From assembly GCA_001643675.2 (NCBI GenBank), contig LSRY02000007.1:1612001-1676000 (forward strand): a DNA stretch of 64,000 bases. The letters run 5' to 3'. Origin of the DNA: Monocercomonoides exilis PA203 (lineage: Eukaryota > Protista > Preaxostyla). Of this stretch, positions 23,101 through 33,005 are shown in pieces. Below the pieces are notes generated by a model that had not been told where the DNA came from, did no database searches, and worked only from the letters and a program-made list of their open reading frames with translations. Numbering within the stretch: the first letter of the stretch is position 1; each line of letters starts with the position of its first letter. The position numbers were made by a program, and so were the translations under genes.

Positions 23101-25073
23101 ATACAGAAGAAGAGAAGTGCAGATGGGAAGGATCTCTTGTGGATGTTGTGAAGAGTTATGTGATGATGAAAGATTCAACAATCTCGAATTCACCTGATGG
23201 TGGAGTCGCAATGAGTGGAGGAAATATGATAATTGAGAAAGGAGAGTTCATTGGCAACAATCCATCCATTGAAGGATATCCATCATTGAGAAGAAACATC
23301 ATCTGTTTAGATTCAGGAACATTGAATGTGATGAGTTTGAAAGGAGGAGATGGATTGAAGGATAATACTTCTCTTTGGATGTTGAATGAAGGGTGCAGTT
23401 TTGAAGGGATTGCTTCAGAAAGAGATTCATCATTTTTTATTCCTGTATTAGAGAGTGTTGAGGCAAAAGAAGAAACAGATAGAATGAAACTGACATTCAA
23501 AGGAATGCTTCTTGTTCCATGCAATTTGTCATTCGCAGTTGTGAAGAGAAAAGGAGAAGAGAATGAGATTGAAAAATACATGTTTGATGAAAATGGATTC
23601 TTATCAGAAAGGGAAGTTGAAGGAAGTGTGGGAAAAGATCTCATCAGAAGTTGTGAAGACGAAATTGAAGTGAGCGTGTGCATTTTGTTTGGAAACTCAA
23701 ATTCTCCATCTTCGACAAACTCATTTATTTTGAAAAATGCGAGTATCACTCCACCAAAAGGAGATGAAAGAAATGTTGAAAGTGGGAAAGAAGAAAAATC
23801 ATCATGGGCATTGGTTGTGATTGTGATATTTGCAATAATGTTTCTGATTGTTCTGATTGTATCAATTATATTCATTGTTCGGTGGAGGAAGGCGAAGAAT
23901 GATGCAGAAGATCTGAGAGAGATCGTGAACGATAACATCAGAAAAGATCCGAAGGCATTTGAGATGGTGACGATGGAGATGTCACCAGAGGCGCAGTGGA
24001 GAAGAGCAGAAAGGGAGGCAGAGAAGAAGAACGAAGAAAACATGAAGAAAAGAATAATTGGAAAAGAGATGGTTCATTCAGAGTCTGAAGAGTATTTGCT
24101 GGCTGAAAGTGGATCAACTGAATATATATTGGGGAGAGATTCAGATAAGATTCCTGATTGGGCATTGGAGAAGGTTGATGAGAAAGAAGAAGAGGAAGAA
24201 ACAAGAAAGAGATCGCCTTCACCTTCCATTTCATCAACTTGTTCAACTGATTCGGATTCAACATTTGTTCGATCGGAGAGTCTGTGTCCAACCACTTCGT
24301 CCATGTCAAATCTGGTGGATGCAATGGCATGCTCATCTCCTCATGAGAAGCTGATTGTGGATCTGCGAGATTCGCTGTTCATGCTGCTTCATGGGAGGAA
24401 TGAGAAGAAGGAGATGGCGATAGGCACATTGACTGAGAGAGAGCACACAGCTGCACAGGTGTTGTTCTGGGTGGCAAATGTGGCACTCCATTCATTTGAT
24501 GAAATGGAAAATCCTCTTTCTTCCCTCACAAATTTGAGTCCTCACATTGTTCTGTTTTCGGAGCACATGGTGATCTGCATTGTGATGCATTCAGATTTGC
24601 TTTCATCTGATGATTCTGATTCATCATCCATCTCATCAACAACATTTGTGACATCTGCAAGTGATGATGAAAGTGACTCATTGCCATCATCAGCGTTTGA
24701 GGATGAAGACGACAGTTTCAAAAAAGAGTGTCTGAGGTGGAAGGCACCAGAGCTGCTGATGAACAAGAAGAGGGAAGCAACGAAGGAGTCGGTGGCATTC
24801 TCGATTGGGATGATGCTGTGGGAGTGCCTGACGCTTCATGTTCCGTTTGGGGAATATGAGGCAGAAATTGCTGGACAGAAGATTGTGAATGGGGAGCGTC
24901 CGAACATTGGGGTGGTTGAGTGCGAGTGGGGAAGAGAGTTTGTGAAGAAGTGTGTGCTGGGGGATTTGACAGAGAGACCTTCGCTGACAGATGTGAAGCG
25001 GTGGCTGATTGGACACTTTCCAGAAGAGGCAATAATTGTGACAGCAACAGATGCAATATTCACCGAAGACTGA
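17157..25073 (+). CDS. giant single-pass surface receptor: signal peptide, beta-helix (GGA/FxxN) modules, TM, C-terminal pseudokinase (copy 1)
   Basis: Intronless ~2640-aa ORF, first ATG 17157. Repeated GGA(L/I/V) and FxxN motifs; four CGxxxxPC modules; TM WALVVIVIFAIMFLIVLIVSIIFIV at ~23805-23879; kinase C-lobe motifs RWKAPEL, SIGMMLWECLT, PF, GERP, RPSL. Confidence 0.9.
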   Translation: MVRRSTSAKAAFNIAALLLLCVICLNAEGNANAQILQKMNEEIRNCMLSNAHENAKRINNFTIQRETIGSAADNCICCVQTSLKIINSSLCASHLTMAPLCGCTLLTSHHRSSTTIRSTTCQIHPHHNHKHHPLFLSAHASLALTNFSLQILQPAFFSFPLFSIPPNSLSSTHSPIPTSFSISHSSFSSFISLIQPFIFSPSSISPSSSLIHLHLSHTLFTNITTAPQSTHIIPANHTHSHNSFTTTTNTTTTNTDTNTNTRIIPSFLHHSSISVHSTIFLHIHNPIDGAILPYLNSPSTSLSAFNTSFLHLTRSSPNDPVEHIGTESQRVKLGRESIYDLNSYHFEWCIWENSSSGSSHGGALYINCVNANLTITSCSFNNCSVTGEYSGGALCCDYLLKIDISKSNFTNCSAAQGGAVYVGWPQSSSVWIISKNRMDNCSITNWCGTGWNIVLDNMTSNGQFLFSKCVSIANTGGDAAGAVTFHYPPPVIPLQYLLQECQFINNKLIASLTYGGAGIHCTTTYDWMNEVIFIAFCFFDGNTATDGRGNDVFFNGSITKSPFNQCGSTTESNRVWNAGTADNVEYNNWLPLITTYKIVSNNGTNTDLCGITQLNPCATIEFALCRVTDTQDASLTLLSSTFVPNQTLTFSAADTKITGNGTTATTIASSGIPQPTSSSSPSSSTSSSPDPSSASALFQQTQGSLTVSALAISHNSSNPITPILFHLSENSPYLILNTTTITGTTSSSSSITTPLFFLTAGSLALNHTAITSLTLNSQSIFHLTSLTAPLTLNSSNITDITSTASPTSCVLSSATSPALSISLANCTITNINSAPQHQQIATDGGCISFASSASANSFSVSDTNFSTCSVSEDTSSGGRGGALMIEFKDDSEVSESSFSMANVVFSANKASVGRDMYFVCESFVASVKGPLFAFMKSITQKDNSIVGHDRTEAFRDWDVDLFIFIDGFFDDTIYVDGTSGVEKAYCGIEKVPCKSVGYGAGHLKRTQNKKQEIILCANSSVAGCVDVGRVLIKAKEKEMIRIECQRELSGSEECILKTESLTEIEFIGIVVPSNFERTIASVIESSTQNGELHMKNCMMSVVGGKENTIEFSLIKSTGKMVELEFVTISEVKSSVSLFSFSHSSGNVNEGDTEQKYKAKLLNCSMEGCSLAEHSYGESPLMISSSVLLENSNFSNIENKGSGEGGVAKVTLQRNEELVIKSTNASSCSLSSGNGKGGFLYLNCQNCLSEKPFLFENVSFANNKAAIGKNMFILGKDFNSSVTNDSFNFGYSSMKGDNNLFVGSDDFHSNKDLFMFLIPYSSIEIFISSSGFDVARCGSEEEPCFTMWKGMENMEKEVGKKTIQVEGSTIIRNSFNVSNYQIKKSVKMGEEDTKAILNFEKVVGNQLEYFMENDVRLEFFNIQLQLTSGFDNSAKTIISNRGGELVIRECSFHSEAGVNNGFDCVFVDVIGGSVNVNDLSMESCNVGENIFVINSAGVSCHFVNVRVESLNESGGCLLLIKGSELTTKINEVSEEMSLNIDNSSFSGVKRSDNGSSILESKNEKKIDLVVNESNITEDKAETSEKGGAIFFTLGASGSMKMIDSTISQCSCTNGKGGGVYLATKERGDLNFTFVGMKFSANTAKVGNDIFIECFNITSQINERQFQFDLRENHYSRINAIYGRDESDYQSDTDLIDFVTIHQGDTIIVSSVNGSNERQCGTNTLPCFSVDYGLMHLTSDFISQMFILEESVIDEEINLEEVSLSSKSRGLCEVEVETVIERTREALISTAGTASMLRVGFVFDSNFASTHESLISPEGGILEIMNCSFTEKQLIEGVNAEFANIPFHIINMEKGELQLDGCAISNLILHESALSLSSQLPSVIDTLTFCSSTIKTSLIDIDECGQLTIKDFNAENISVKGKEESLISCLSMKKTMQLANCTMDGVSSKTTKGKLMKVEDCTDVKMYSCIFDGSLKEINEMNSNTEEEKCRWEGSLVDVVKSYVMMKDSTISNSPDGGVAMSGGNMIIEKGEFIGNNPSIEGYPSLRRNIICLDSGTLNVMSLKGGDGLKDNTSLWMLNEGCSFEGIASERDSSFFIPVLESVEAKEETDRMKLTFKGMLLVPCNLSFAVVKRKGEENEIEKYMFDENGFLSEREVEGSVGKDLIRSCEDEIEVSVCILFGNSNSPSSTNSFILKNASITPPKGDERNVESGKEEKSSWALVVIVIFAIMFLIVLIVSIIFIVRWRKAKNDAEDLREIVNDNIRKDPKAFEMVTMEMSPEAQWRRAEREAEKKNEENMKKRIIGKEMVHSESEEYLLAESGSTEYILGRDSDKIPDWALEKVDEKEEEEETRKRSPSPSISSTCSTDSDSTFVRSESLCPTTSSMSNLVDAMACSSPHEKLIVDLRDSLFMLLHGRNEKKEMAIGTLTEREHTAAQVLFWVANVALHSFDEMENPLSSLTNLSPHIVLFSEHMVICIVMHSDLLSSDDSDSSSISSTTFVTSASDDESDSLPSSAFEDEDDSFKKECLRWKAPELLMNKKREATKESVAFSIGMMLWECLTLHVPFGEYEAEIAGQKIVNGERPNIGVVECEWGREFVKKCVLGDLTERPSLTDVKRWLIGHFPEEAIIVTATDAIFTED

Positions 25074-27689
25074 ATGGGGGCAGTGCATGATGAAGAAGAG
25101 TGTGCATGAGGGGATGAAATTCAGATGAGCATGCGAATGCTTTGAACCATCTATTGGAACAATATGGTGTTGCAGAAAGCATTGTTGAAAAGAAACTGTC
25201 ACTGTGCATGGGGAAGGGGAGAGGAAAGAAAATGAAAGACCGCTGGCTATAAAAAAGAAAAGCATTACACCACCACAAGCACGTCAATTTTGATTTTATT
25301 TAAGTTATTGTTGTTGTAATTCACACTTTTGTTTGTGTTTTTGTCACCTGTCTGAAGCCTGGAAGCCATTTCGAGTTTTCACATCGCCTCTTCATTTTGT
25401 TGATGCTTTTGTGATGCTGAGGGTTTCGAATGCCGATCAATCATGAGGAGTCTTCTTGCTAATGAGATGTTCTTTTGATGATTATATTGGCTGTTTGAAT
25501 CCTTTTGTCACTTTTTGCATCGATATTTGCGATTTCACTTATCTTTTTGTTTGCTTGATTGATTGCTTCTTTCTTTCTTCACTGTTTTTGCGTTTAATAT
25601 TTTGTCACATAACAACTGTGTTTTGAGATATGCTTCTTCAAATGTTTTGACAAATTATTTCTCTCGCTCACTTTTTCTTTTTCGAATGGTTGAATTGTTC
25701 GTGTTTTTTTGTTGATTGTTTTGTTATATTTATATATTTATCAATTTTTCTGATTTTAATGTGTGTAACTCATTTGTTGATGTGCCTCACACATTGATTT
25801 TTCACAACACTTTTTATAGTCAGCAATGGCCGCTTCATTTTCAGAAGGAAAAGCGATCATTGAAGCAGATAAAACACGACGAACGTGCTTTTTCAATGCT
25901 TGAAGAGGGTTCTACTTTTTTTTCTATCTGAACATCTCGGATGATTGTTGTTGAAAGAAAAAAATTAAGATGAAATGTTTGAATATCTTTTCAATGCGGA
26001 AACCATCGTTGTGTTTTGAAATAATTCAATTATCAATAACTTTATGGAATCAACTGGGTCTCTCTTTTGTTCACAAGCATTTTAATTTTAAATTTTTTCA
26101 TTTTTCATTGACTTTGAAATCATCTTTTTTAATCATTTTTTACGCATCATAAATTCTTTCTTTCTTTTATTTTCTTTCAATGCTTTCAACAATCTTGCCA
26201 ATTCCATCATGCTTCATATTTTCTTCATTTGTTTTGTGGAATTAATCTCTCGTTCAAAGAAATATTCTATTTTTTTTGAATTTTTATCGATTCATAAGAA
26301 ACGAATATTTGTAATTGTCAAACTTCATTCTCCTCAAAAAACATCCTCATTTTTAAAAAGATTCATATTTTTATAAAAACGCTGTGAGACAGGTTTGCTC
26401 CGAGATAATGAGTATTTTTCACGATTTGTGGGTGGTTTAAGTGAGAACTTCGCCCTCCCAGATATGACGAGGAAAAAGTGCGAGATGAAAATATTGACAA
26501 AAACATTTGAACTATTAAAAAGTGTTTTATGCATTGTCAGCTTCACTTCGCCACCGACTTCGCCTTTTTGCCTTGGTCGCGAAGACCAGACGGCAGGGGA
26601 CATTGCCCCTCGGAGCTCTCTCCTGCAGGCCGTGCAGGGATCCGGTGAGGCGAATATAATCAAGGAGTAGAAAGAAAAACCACTCTCGCTTCCGAGAGGC
26701 GTGGAAAAGAAAACTGCTTGTGCAGCGCTCTGCCTCCCGCTCTTTTGCTGCATCAGCAGGTTAACATCAATCATCACACACTGCATAATTAATAATTAAT
26801 TCTTCTCTGAAAAAAAAACAAAAATAATCTTGTAAAGGAGAAGGATCATTCTTGAACTTTTTATTCGTTTCCATGTTTCTCCAAAAAGGTTCTCGGTGCA
26901 CATGAATATCTTCGGGCTGTTGATCTTTTTCCATCTCCTCTGCTTTCTCGCCCTTTATCCCGTCATCTTCCTAATCTGTTTCTCTCTCTTCCGCACACAG
27001 CCGCTCTGAGTCTCTCCATCCGCGTTCGTATTATTTCGAAGCAAATCCTGTCTCACTGCGTTCTATCAATTCGCAATAAAGCGAATCTATGAACTCAAGG
27101 AGCAGGTTTGCTCCTCGATAATGAGTCTTGAAAGCACTTTTCCATATATATTTATTTTGATTGAGTTGAATTTTATTTATTTATTTGTTATGATCTTAAA
27201 CCCTTCTGCCTAGCACATCGACGTGCGGAGGATGAGTTGAGAGCGTGCGGGTGAAGTATGCGGCACCTGGCTCTACTCCTTTTCTTTCTCTGCGTGCTTC
27301 TGAGACATTCATTTCCGGGAACTCGATTCTGATAAGTTCTTTATCATTTGTCCTGAACGACTCACTCCACGCTTCCTTCTGTCTATGAACATCTTACTCT
27401 GTGGTGCTGTGTGTTTGCTTCCAGTCAGCTCGCAAGCGCTGCTGGGTATTATGAAGTGTGTTTTCCAACGCTAGTGTGGTCGGGATTAGGAGTTCAATGA
27501 CAAAGCAATTTCTCCTTGCTTTCTCTCTTCTCAAAGCTTAAAGTCTCATTTCTTTGACCGCTTTCTCTTTTCTCATATCTTCTTCTCACCCAGCTTCCGA
27601 TATATTTTCAGTGCATTCTTTCATTAACGATTCCGCTTGATCGATTCTCATATTATTCCTTTCTCTACACATATCCAACTTTTCTTCTT

Positions 27690-28300
27690 CTCCACGAGGG
27701 GGTTCTTGGACGTCGATCGTCAATAGAAATCCATTTCATATCTTGAACAGGTTAAATATTTTCAAATTTTGGACCACTCTTGATCCTTGCGCCACTGTTG
27801 TGTAGGAATTGCTCGCTTTCCAAAACGAACCTTCTCATCTTGTTTTGTGTTTTATAACTTTATATCTAATCGAGAACACGTTCAAAGTATCGTTTTTTTC
27901 AAACTCTCTTTGAATAGCATCTAACTCTTCTTTTATTCTCTGCATACTTGCAGGCAGACCTTCTCTAATACAAACCACACATGTTCATCCTTTAAAGTTT
28001 GTCCTTGCAGAATTAAACCAACGTTGGAGTGTTTCTTCTGTATTGATGAGTGCATTTTAATGTTTGTAAATATCGATTTTAATAGTCTTCCTTAATGATA
28101 TCATTATCTGCACTTCTATTAATACCGTTTCTTCTTTCAATATAGAACACTCCCTTCTTTATCTCTCCAGCTCAGCTGGCTCTAAAGTTGCAAAAATAAT
28201 AGTGAGGATAAGGGCTCTCCTCTGGAGTGCTGGTGGGTCTGTTGAGTTATATGTGGTTTCTTCTCATTTTGTTGTAGTTGAAAAATCCCACATTGATGTA
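27690..28300 (-). pseudogene. DIRS tyrosine recombinase remnant
   Basis: RALILTIIFATLEPAELER* near 28160-28220 resembles YR box I (LRxxEL). Many stops. Position 3' of RT/RH is as expected for DIRS. Confidence 0.5.
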
Positions 28301-28830
28301 TATTGCTTGCCCCTTCTCAGCTTATCTCCATTCGTCTTAATCACTTCTGAAAAGGTTAATTAACTATTATTCTTTTCGTTCAGCTTTTTTGATCTCTCAC
28401 CTAGAAATATTTGTTTTGGATAGAGTTTCAATAAATTCTTCCATAATCCATGAGGCATCTTTTGTTGTGAGGGTGTCAGGATCACCAGTGCTTTTCTTGT
28501 CCAAGAATTGTTAATCTTCGCAGCACTCTCCATGTGTTTCTTTCACTATTTTGGTTTCTCAGTATAGATGCTGCTATATCTCTTGCTCCAACGTATTTTC
28601 CCCATGCTTGAATGAGTTCTCTTCTTGAATATTCTCCTCTCCAGTCTTTAACTAATTATTTTTCATGGGGGTAACTTCTAATCATCATTTCTCATCTCTG
28701 AAAAGGTCAATCCTATTTTTCTCGATAACGGACTTGCACAATCTCGTTTTCTGGCATCTCTTTCTTTCTTTCTTTCTTTCTTTCTCTCTCTCTCTCTTTC
28801 TCTCAGAGAGTATTGTTTCCAAATACTTCC

Positions 28831-30218
28831 TCAGGGCGCGGGCACAATCTGTTCTGAAACAATATCTAGTGTTCTCGGTGCGATTGTCTGAAATATCTCT
28901 GCGACTTTCTCCCCCTTCAGTGCATAGTATGGATTTCTCGCCATCCGGCTGAGTGCATCTGCTTCCGTGTTCTGCTCTCCCGGGAGATGTTCCGTTTGTT
29001 TCGTAATGTCCAGGCTGTTCAGTTTCTTCTCCAATGATCTCAGTGTTGGAATGAGCGATGACGCTCCCCTTTTCTTCTGAATCGTCCATCTCGTGGAAAT
29101 GTTGTCTGTCTTCAGACGAATATGATCTATCTTCTGTTGTTGCAGCCATGCTCCCTTTCTCTCTTGTGTCCTCAACACTGCTCTGGACTCCTTCTCGTTG
29201 ATTGCTAGCATGCTCTCCTGGAGGGTCCAACTTCCGTGGACATATATCTTCTCTTCCATGTTCTCTGTCGGTATTGTTTGCACTGCGCCCCATCCCAGCT
29301 CTGACGCATCCGTTGTGAGTTCTGCTAGCCTTGCTCTTCTCCTAAGACTCCTTGGTCTGTTCTCCAGCGGGATTTTTCTCAAATGTGTGAATTCTCCCAA
29401 CAACATTGGGTTGACTATCGCGATTCCCTTCCATCCTCATCGGGCTATTGCCTGCCTCAGTATGTATTGCATACGCTTCATCCACAAGCTCGCTGGTGGG
29501 TGTTGTAACCTCACAAAATTCAACCTCCCGAGGAGTACTGCTAAGTCTCTCGTCTTCCATCTCCTCCTCTTCTTTGTATATACTATCCAAGTTCGCACAT
29601 CCTCCAACAGCAGCACTCTCTTCCTCTCTTGGAGCATCACTTCCATCTTCTCTGAATTCCACAGCCATCCCACAAACTCCACACTCATTCTTGGTTCCAA
29701 ATTCAGTTTCTCTTCCGACAGTATCCAGCCCAGATTCCTCAGGAACTGGGCTATCTCCTGTGAGATCAATCCAATCCATCCCTGTCTTGGCGCATGAGGA
29801 GGATGTCGTCCAGGTTTATTACTAGCTTCACTTTCCAGTGTTCTCTGACGAACGAGGCTGCCCGTCTCATTATTTTTGTAAATATTCTGGGCACGTCCTT
29901 TGCTCCAAATGGCATCCCTACGAAAGCGTTGCATTGACTTTGAAAGCTGAAGTACAAATAGGGACTGAATTGCTCGTCCACTTTGACATGCTGATATGCC
30001 CTCGATATGTCCAGTGTTGTCATCCAGTCGTTCTCCTCCAGGAGTTCCACCACTGTCTCCTGGGAATCTATCTTGAAGTGTTTTCCCTGCACTTCCTCGT
30101 TTTGAGCTCTGCAATCCAGGATCTTTCTCCACTTTCCGTTCTTCTTTATCGCCATGAATGTCGGGTTGAACCACTTCACCTCCGACTTCTGTATGGTCTT
30201 CACCACTCCGTCCCTCAA
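28831..30218 (-). pseudogene. DIRS reverse transcriptase + RNase H (frameshifted)
   Basis: KKNGKWRKILDCR, LDISRAYQH, MPFG..PRIFTK, INLDDIL (YxDD degenerated to NLDD), LGWILSEEK, LTTDASELGWG, INEKE, TDN, HLPGEQNTEADALSR, split over three frames. Confidence 0.9.
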
Positions 30219-32933
30219 CTTCTCCTTATAAAGGTTTAAGCAATTGCTCCTTCGTGAGGATCTTCAATAGCTCTCTTCAACTTCCCACTCTGATAGTTCC
30301 TATTTGGGTTCTCGACCACAATCCTGGAAGCTTTCTTTATTCCTCTCTTGATTTCCTTCAAGCACATCATCTTATTCTTCGTTCTCATTTCGCGGAAATA
30401 AGCGGAGCCTTCCTCCATTTTCGTCACACTGTGCTGTGCGACTTCTTTCTATATCCTCATCTCGGAATTTTCTGTGGTCTCTTGTTCTATCTCATCCTCG
30501 CAATTTAACGCGGCTTTTTCTTCTTCGATTTTCTAACAATATCTCACGGTTTTTATATCTGCACCTATCTCTTGATTATGCGCTGTTTCTTGTTGCATTA
30601 TCAATTCGTAATTTCTTTCCATTTCTTTCCCTATTCTAATCTCGCAGTAACCTCAGCTTTCTCTTCATTCAAACTCTTTTGATAGAAAGCGGTTTCTCTC
30701 TCCACAATAATCTCGTTTCATCTCACGGTTATCTCTTTTCTCTCTGTCTCGTTATCTTTCGCGGTTTCATATTTGTGATTATCTCCGTAAATAAACATAG
30801 AAACTTTTCTTATTATTAATCAATAATATTTCATCGTTTCTGTTTGTCATGCTGTTTCGTAACACAGCTTGTCTATATTTCCTTTGCTAAACATATATAA
30901 TTTGTCGAGAATTCTCTTTATAACAATTTCGATTCTAAGTGAGGCTCTCTCTTCTCTCTCTACTCTCTCTCCTATCTTGGTTTCGCTGCAAAACGCGGCT
31001 CTCTCTTTTTTCTGTATTTCAATTTTTCAATGGAACTTGAATTTATATATGTATTTATTTTTGATTGCAGCGTGTTAACAAAATTTTGTATTTATGCAAT
31101 TATCTTTTGGAAAGTCGCAGCTTCATAATTAGTAATTATTTTTCAACAGTAATAAAATTATCCTTGTTTAAAAACATCGCTGCAAAACGTGAATAGATCT
31201 TCACAAATATCCTTGTGAAATATATACGCATATGTTTTGTTGCTGCATTTATCCATATTTCGAGGAACTACACTATTCCTTTCCCTTATTTCCTTCTTTC
31301 AGTATTTTGAAGAATCTCTATTTATCCCTATCTCGTTGCAATCCACGGCTCTTTTTCAACTTCAGTCTGCATTAATATTTTTCTCTCTTTATTTCAATTA
31401 ATTATATCTTTATTAAAAGGAGATTCTTTCTCAATTATAATCTCTCTATAATATATGGATATATCTTCTTTAATTCTTGAAATATCTTGCGATTACTAAA
31501 TTTTCCAATATCTCGCTACATAAATGGCTCATTTTCCGAATAAATGAACAAAATATTTTGAAGTTTCATTTTCTTTGAAAATCTATTGAAACACATATCT
31601 TCATTTTGCAAAAATATCTCACAAATATCATAATATCAGTTTTCAATTTTGCATCTTCAATTCTTGTGTTGTCTTTTCACTATGCGCGGCTCTCTGTTCG
31701 TCTTTATCAGCTGTGCACTTCCTTCTATTCCCGATGATGTATTTCAAGCTCAAGTCCTGGTAAGTTCTACAATAATATTTTCATTTCTTTCCAGTTTCAG
31801 AATTCGATCTTAATCTTTTCCATCGCCGTCTCTGTATTTTTTTGTAACAGGCTGTTGTTTCTTAATCATTGCGGACAATAAAGATCTTCTTTGAATATAA
31901 GAATTGGTGAAGTTAGATCTTAAACCACCTATAAATCGTGAAAAATACTCATTATTGAGGAGCAAACCTGCTCCTTGCGTTTGTTGATTCGCTCTATTGC
32001 GAATTTAATGTTTTTTTTATTGATTGTTGAACTTTTATTTCTCAAAATGAGATGCCGATGGAAGCAAAGCAGTATGCAACATCACATATTCAACTCCTTC
32101 TTTTTTCTTTGTTTTTTTGAAAATCAGAGGACATAGAATGGTCAAAACAAAGAAAACTGTAACTTTTCTTGAAAAAAGAGAAAATGAAGAACAACTTTAA
32201 ACTATGATAATTATGAAATGGAAGATTCGAAAGTTGAAAAAAAAAAACAAAATCATCGCTTATTTTTGAAAAAAAGGAAATGTTCCATTCAATTGGATGC
32301 TATGTGATTTTTGTGCCACATTGTTCGAATGACTGGGCAATGATATTTGTTTTCATTAACTTTCGAATCAATTCAAGATGAGCATTTGATAAAAATGAAT
32401 CAGAAATATTAACCAGAAATAATAGTTTTCTTAAACATAGAATAAATACTTTATTCAAATTAACCTTTGTCAGATAATTTATTTCTTTTTCGATATTTTC
32501 TATCGAACATTATGAAAGAGTAAAATACATGTTTAAAGATATTTAATCTTCGTTTTATCTTGATCAAATTATTTCCATTTTTGTCCTTGCCAAATTTTTC
32601 ACAAACTTGTTGAAAATCAAAAAAGAACAAAAAAAATGGAGGTGTGAAAATATTATTGTTTAATTTTTGTTCAAGAATTTGATCATAATTATCAGCAAGA
32701 TATCCATTTAATCATTTGTTCTCGCAGCTCATCAACCATTTTCACAAAAATGTTGAAAAGAAAATTATATTTCTATTTTTGTGTGATAATTTTTGAAATC
32801 TTTAATTTTTCGAGGTGTTGATAGTAAAACTCAGGATATATAATAAGTTCTTATTATTTATATTTCTGCAAAGATTGGATAATAAAACATGATCCTATAT
32901 AAAACGAACCAAAACGATTTGGTTGATTCAACG

Positions 32934-32934
<1 letters not shown>

Positions 32935-33003
<69 letters not shown>
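32935..33003. repeat. (AC)n microsatellite, ~34 units
   Basis: Pure acacac run. Confidence 0.97.

Positions 33004-33005
<2 letters not shown>

Larger units (their letters stand above)
26375..32007 (-). mobile_element. DIRS-type tyrosine-recombinase retrotransposon, full structure, coding regions decayed
   Basis: 52-bp ITRs at 26390-26441 and 31919-31970 (47/52 match). ICR at ~27030-27126 is complementary to both outer termini. RT, RNase H and YR remnants on the minus strand. Precisely absent from the paralogous site at ~58653. Confidence 0.93.
16885..32078 (+). repeat. segmental duplication copy 1 (interrupted by DIRS at 26375-32007)
   Basis: The upstream ~270 bp, the CDS and ~1.3 kb of downstream sequence align with ~49165-58655. 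Homology resumes at 32008 (atgttttttttattgattgttgaac..gaagcaaagc), matching 58654-58712. Confidence 0.9.

Noticed and set aside
19352-25287. Many minus-strand ORFs antisense to the giant genes
   Set aside because: Shadow frames of a long, compositionally biased CDS; no motifs.
26590-26660. HDV-like or hammerhead ribozyme call
   Set aside because: A P1-like pairing exists, but P2 and P1.1 are unconvincing and no CUGAnGA..GAAA core with stems was found. Kept only as an unassigned structure.
28831-30218. RT as part of a diversity-generating retroelement or retron acting on the receptor genes
   Set aside because: The RT is followed by RNase H and YR remnants within ITR/ICR termini (DIRS). No template/variable repeat pair with adenine-specific differences was seen.
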